From an uncultured cyanobacterium (GTDB taxonomy: Bacteria > Cyanobacteriota > Cyanobacteriia > Cyanobacteriales > Cyanobacteriaceae): DNA of 64,000 nucleotides. This document shows positions 61,955-64,000 of the stretch, piece after piece. The position numbers and the translations under genes were made by a program. Below the pieces are notes generated by a model that made no database searches, was not told the DNA's origin, and saw nothing but the letters and a program-made list of their open reading frames with translations. The DNA is taken from positions 256,001 to 320,000 of the forward strand of contig CAVQBA010000006.1 of the NCBI GenBank assembly GCA_963710605.1, read 5' to 3'. Within the stretch, counting starts at the first letter, position 1; each line of letters begins with the position of its first letter.

Positions 61955-63193
61955 TTAACTAAAATTCATCTTCGTCGTGATTCTTTTCATTGCTTCGATT
62001 ACATTGTTTCGACTATTAAAAGCACTTAAACGGAAATAACCTTCTCCTGCCGCACCAAAACCCGAACCCGGTGTACCGACAATATTGACGTTATAAAGTA
62101 GTTTATCAAAGAAATCCCAACTAGATACACCATCAGGAGTTTTAACCCAAACATAAGGTGCATTAACACCACCATAGACATCTAATCGGGCCGAGGTCAA
62201 TTCTTCACGAATAATTCGAGCGTTTTCGAGATAAAAACTAACTAATTCACTAATTTGTTTTTTTCCTGACTCAGAATAAACCGCTTCAGCACCACGTTGT
62301 ACGATATAAGAAACACCGTTAAATTTAGTTGATTGACGACGATTCCATAATTTCCAAATTTCAACTTCACTACCGTCACTAGCTTTACCTTTAAGATTTT
62401 TAGGCACTACAGTGAAGGCACAACGAGTACCTGTGAAACCAGCATTTTTAGAAAAAGAACGAAATTCGATCGCACAATCTCTCGCACCTTCGATTTCGTA
62501 TATCGAATGAGGTAATGTTTCATCAGTAATAAACGCTTCATAAGCCGCATCAAAAAGAATGATAGCGTCATTTTCTAAGGCATATTTCACCCATGATTGC
62601 AAATACTCTTTAGTTGCCGTTGCCCCAGTTGGGTTGTTAGGGAAACAAAGATAGATTAAATCAACCGACTCGGTGGGTAACTGTGCCGTAAAATCATTAT
62701 CCGCACTGATAGGTAAATAAACTAAACCTTCATATTCTCCTTTTTCGTTGGCTTCGCCCGTGTTACCTGCCATAACATTGGTATCAACATAAACAGGGTA
62801 AACAGGGTCAGTTACAGCAATTTTGTTATCTGAGCCAAAAATATCGAGTATATTACCACAGTCACACTTAGAACCATCGGAGATAAAGATTTCATCGGCG
62901 GATACATCACACCCACGACTTTGGAAATCATGTTGAGCGATCGCTTCTCTCAACCAAGGATAACCTTGCTCCGGGCCATAACCACGAAAACTTGCCCTAT
63001 CTGCCATCTCGACGATCGCCTCTTTCATTGCCTCCCTAGAAGCGTCTGGTAAAGGTTCGGTAACGTCTCCAATACCTAGTTTAATAATATTGGCATTAGG
63101 ATTGTCTTGAGCAAAAGCATTTACTCGTCTGCCAATTTCAGGAAATAAATAACCTGCTTTTAGTTTTAAATAATTATCGTTTATTCTCGCCAT
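61955..63193 (-). CDS. dapL: LL-diaminopimelate aminotransferase
   Basis: [48 protein letters not shown]. Confidence 0.96.
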   Translation of the reverse strand: MARINDNYLKLKAGYLFPEIGRRVNAFAQDNPNANIIKLGIGDVTEPLPDASREAMKEAIVEMADRASFRGYGPEQGYPWLREAIAQHDFQSRGCDVSADEIFISDGSKCDCGNILDIFGSDNKIAVTDPVYPVYVDTNVMAGNTGEANEKGEYEGLVYLPISADNDFTAQLPTESVDLIYLCFPNNPTGATATKEYLQSWVKYALENDAIILFDAAYEAFITDETLPHSIYEIEGARDCAIEFRSFSKNAGFTGTRCAFTVVPKNLKGKASDGSEVEIWKLWNRRQSTKFNGVSYIVQRGAEAVYSESGKKQISELVSFYLENARIIREELTSARLDVYGGVNAPYVWVKTPDGVSSWDFFDKLLYNVNIVGTPGSGFGAAGEGYFRLSAFNSRNNVIEAMKRITTKMNFS

Positions 63194-63257
63194 TCTAAAT
63201 CAATTGTTCGCTAATTGTTTTTAGTTTATCATTATTTTTAAACCCTAATTATTAGTT

Positions 63258-64000
63258 ATGAAAATTCCTTCTGTTTTAACCATTGCCGGTTCAGATAGTG
63301 GTGGTGGTGCAGGTATTCAAGCTGATTTAAAAACCTTTGTCTGTCATCAAGTACATGGTGCGAGTGTCATTACTTGTATCACAGCTCAAAATACTCATGC
63401 TGTTACTGATGTGATGGCTATACCTGAATCGATGATATTGAGTCAACTAGAAGCCGTTACCAGTGATTTAGAAATCGCCGCCCTTAAAACTGGTATGTTA
63501 CTTAACTCAGAAATTATCTTAACAGTAGCTAATTTTTTAAAGCAAAAATCATTACCAAATATTGTAGTTGATCCTGTGATGGTTTCACGTACAGGATCGG
63601 TTTTAATTGACGAAAAGGCAATAACAACTATGGTTGAGGAATTAATTCCTTTAGCTTTACTTGTAACGCCTAATATTTATGAAGCTCAAATTTTGAGTGG
63701 GATAAAAACGATCGATAATATTGACGATATGCTACAAGCCGCCCATAAGATTTATCAGTTAGGAGCAAAAAATATTTTGATTAAAGGTGGTAATGCTAAA
63801 GATAAATTGAAAGCGATCGATCTTTTTTATGATGGTAAGCAAATGCAAACTCAACAAGCAGAAGTTGTTAACACTTCTAATACACATGGCACAGGTTGTA
63901 CATCAAGTGCGGCAATTACAGCTAACTTAGCTCAAGGTAAATCGTTATTTAACGCTGTTGCTCAAGCAAAAGAATATGTTACCCACGCCTTAGAATTTGG
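63258..64000 (+). CDS. thiD: Hydroxymethylpyrimidine/phosphomethylpyrimidine kinase, 3' end outside window (absent from the ORF track)
   Basis: MKIPSVLTIAGSDSGGGAGIQADLKTF, KTGML, VDPVM, TPN..EA, THGTGC. Confidence 0.94.
   Translation, partial: MKIPSVLTIAGSDSGGGAGIQADLKTFVCHQVHGASVITCITAQNTHAVTDVMAIPESMILSQLEAVTSDLEIAALKTGMLLNSEIILTVANFLKQKSLPNIVVDPVMVSRTGSVLIDEKAITTMVEELIPLALLVTPNIYEAQILSGIKTIDNIDDMLQAAHKIYQLGAKNILIKGGNAKDKLKAIDLFYDGKQMQTQQAEVVNTSNTHGTGCTSSAAITANLAQGKSLFNAVAQAKEYVTHALEF

Overview
AT-rich cyanobacterial chromosomal window; gene content and the very frequent CGATCG/HIP1 sites suggest a Cyanobacterium/Geminocystis-like organism (inference). Most of it is housekeeping and metabolic genes: rpmF, mobA, nnr, menA/menF, petP, tsaB, ndhH, sigA, amiC, murI, msrB/msrA, lipA, dapL, thiD. 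The intergenic spaces hold many heptamer tandem repeats, REP-like hairpins and MITEs. I recognised no rRNA, tRNA or CRISPR array. The most unusual parts are: (1) a tandem cassette array at 1.85-4.25 kb, where pentapeptide-repeat genes keep an almost stop-free codon-aligned antisense frame and are flanked by decayed copies of a protein-coding segment and a REP-type repeat, with junctions at CGATCG; (2) a crcB-crcB / dCache-HAMP-degenerate cyclase-globin / MscS-cNMP gene run; (3) an adenylation-PCP-PCP-membrane acyltransferase protein next to a SyrP/TauD-like dioxygenase and a glycosyltransferase; (4) a TnpB-only IS200/IS605 element that splits a GST gene; (5) two small hairpin insertions at CGATC(G) sites inside genes. 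Three single-base frameshifts may be assembly errors. All product calls come from motif recognition, not database searches.
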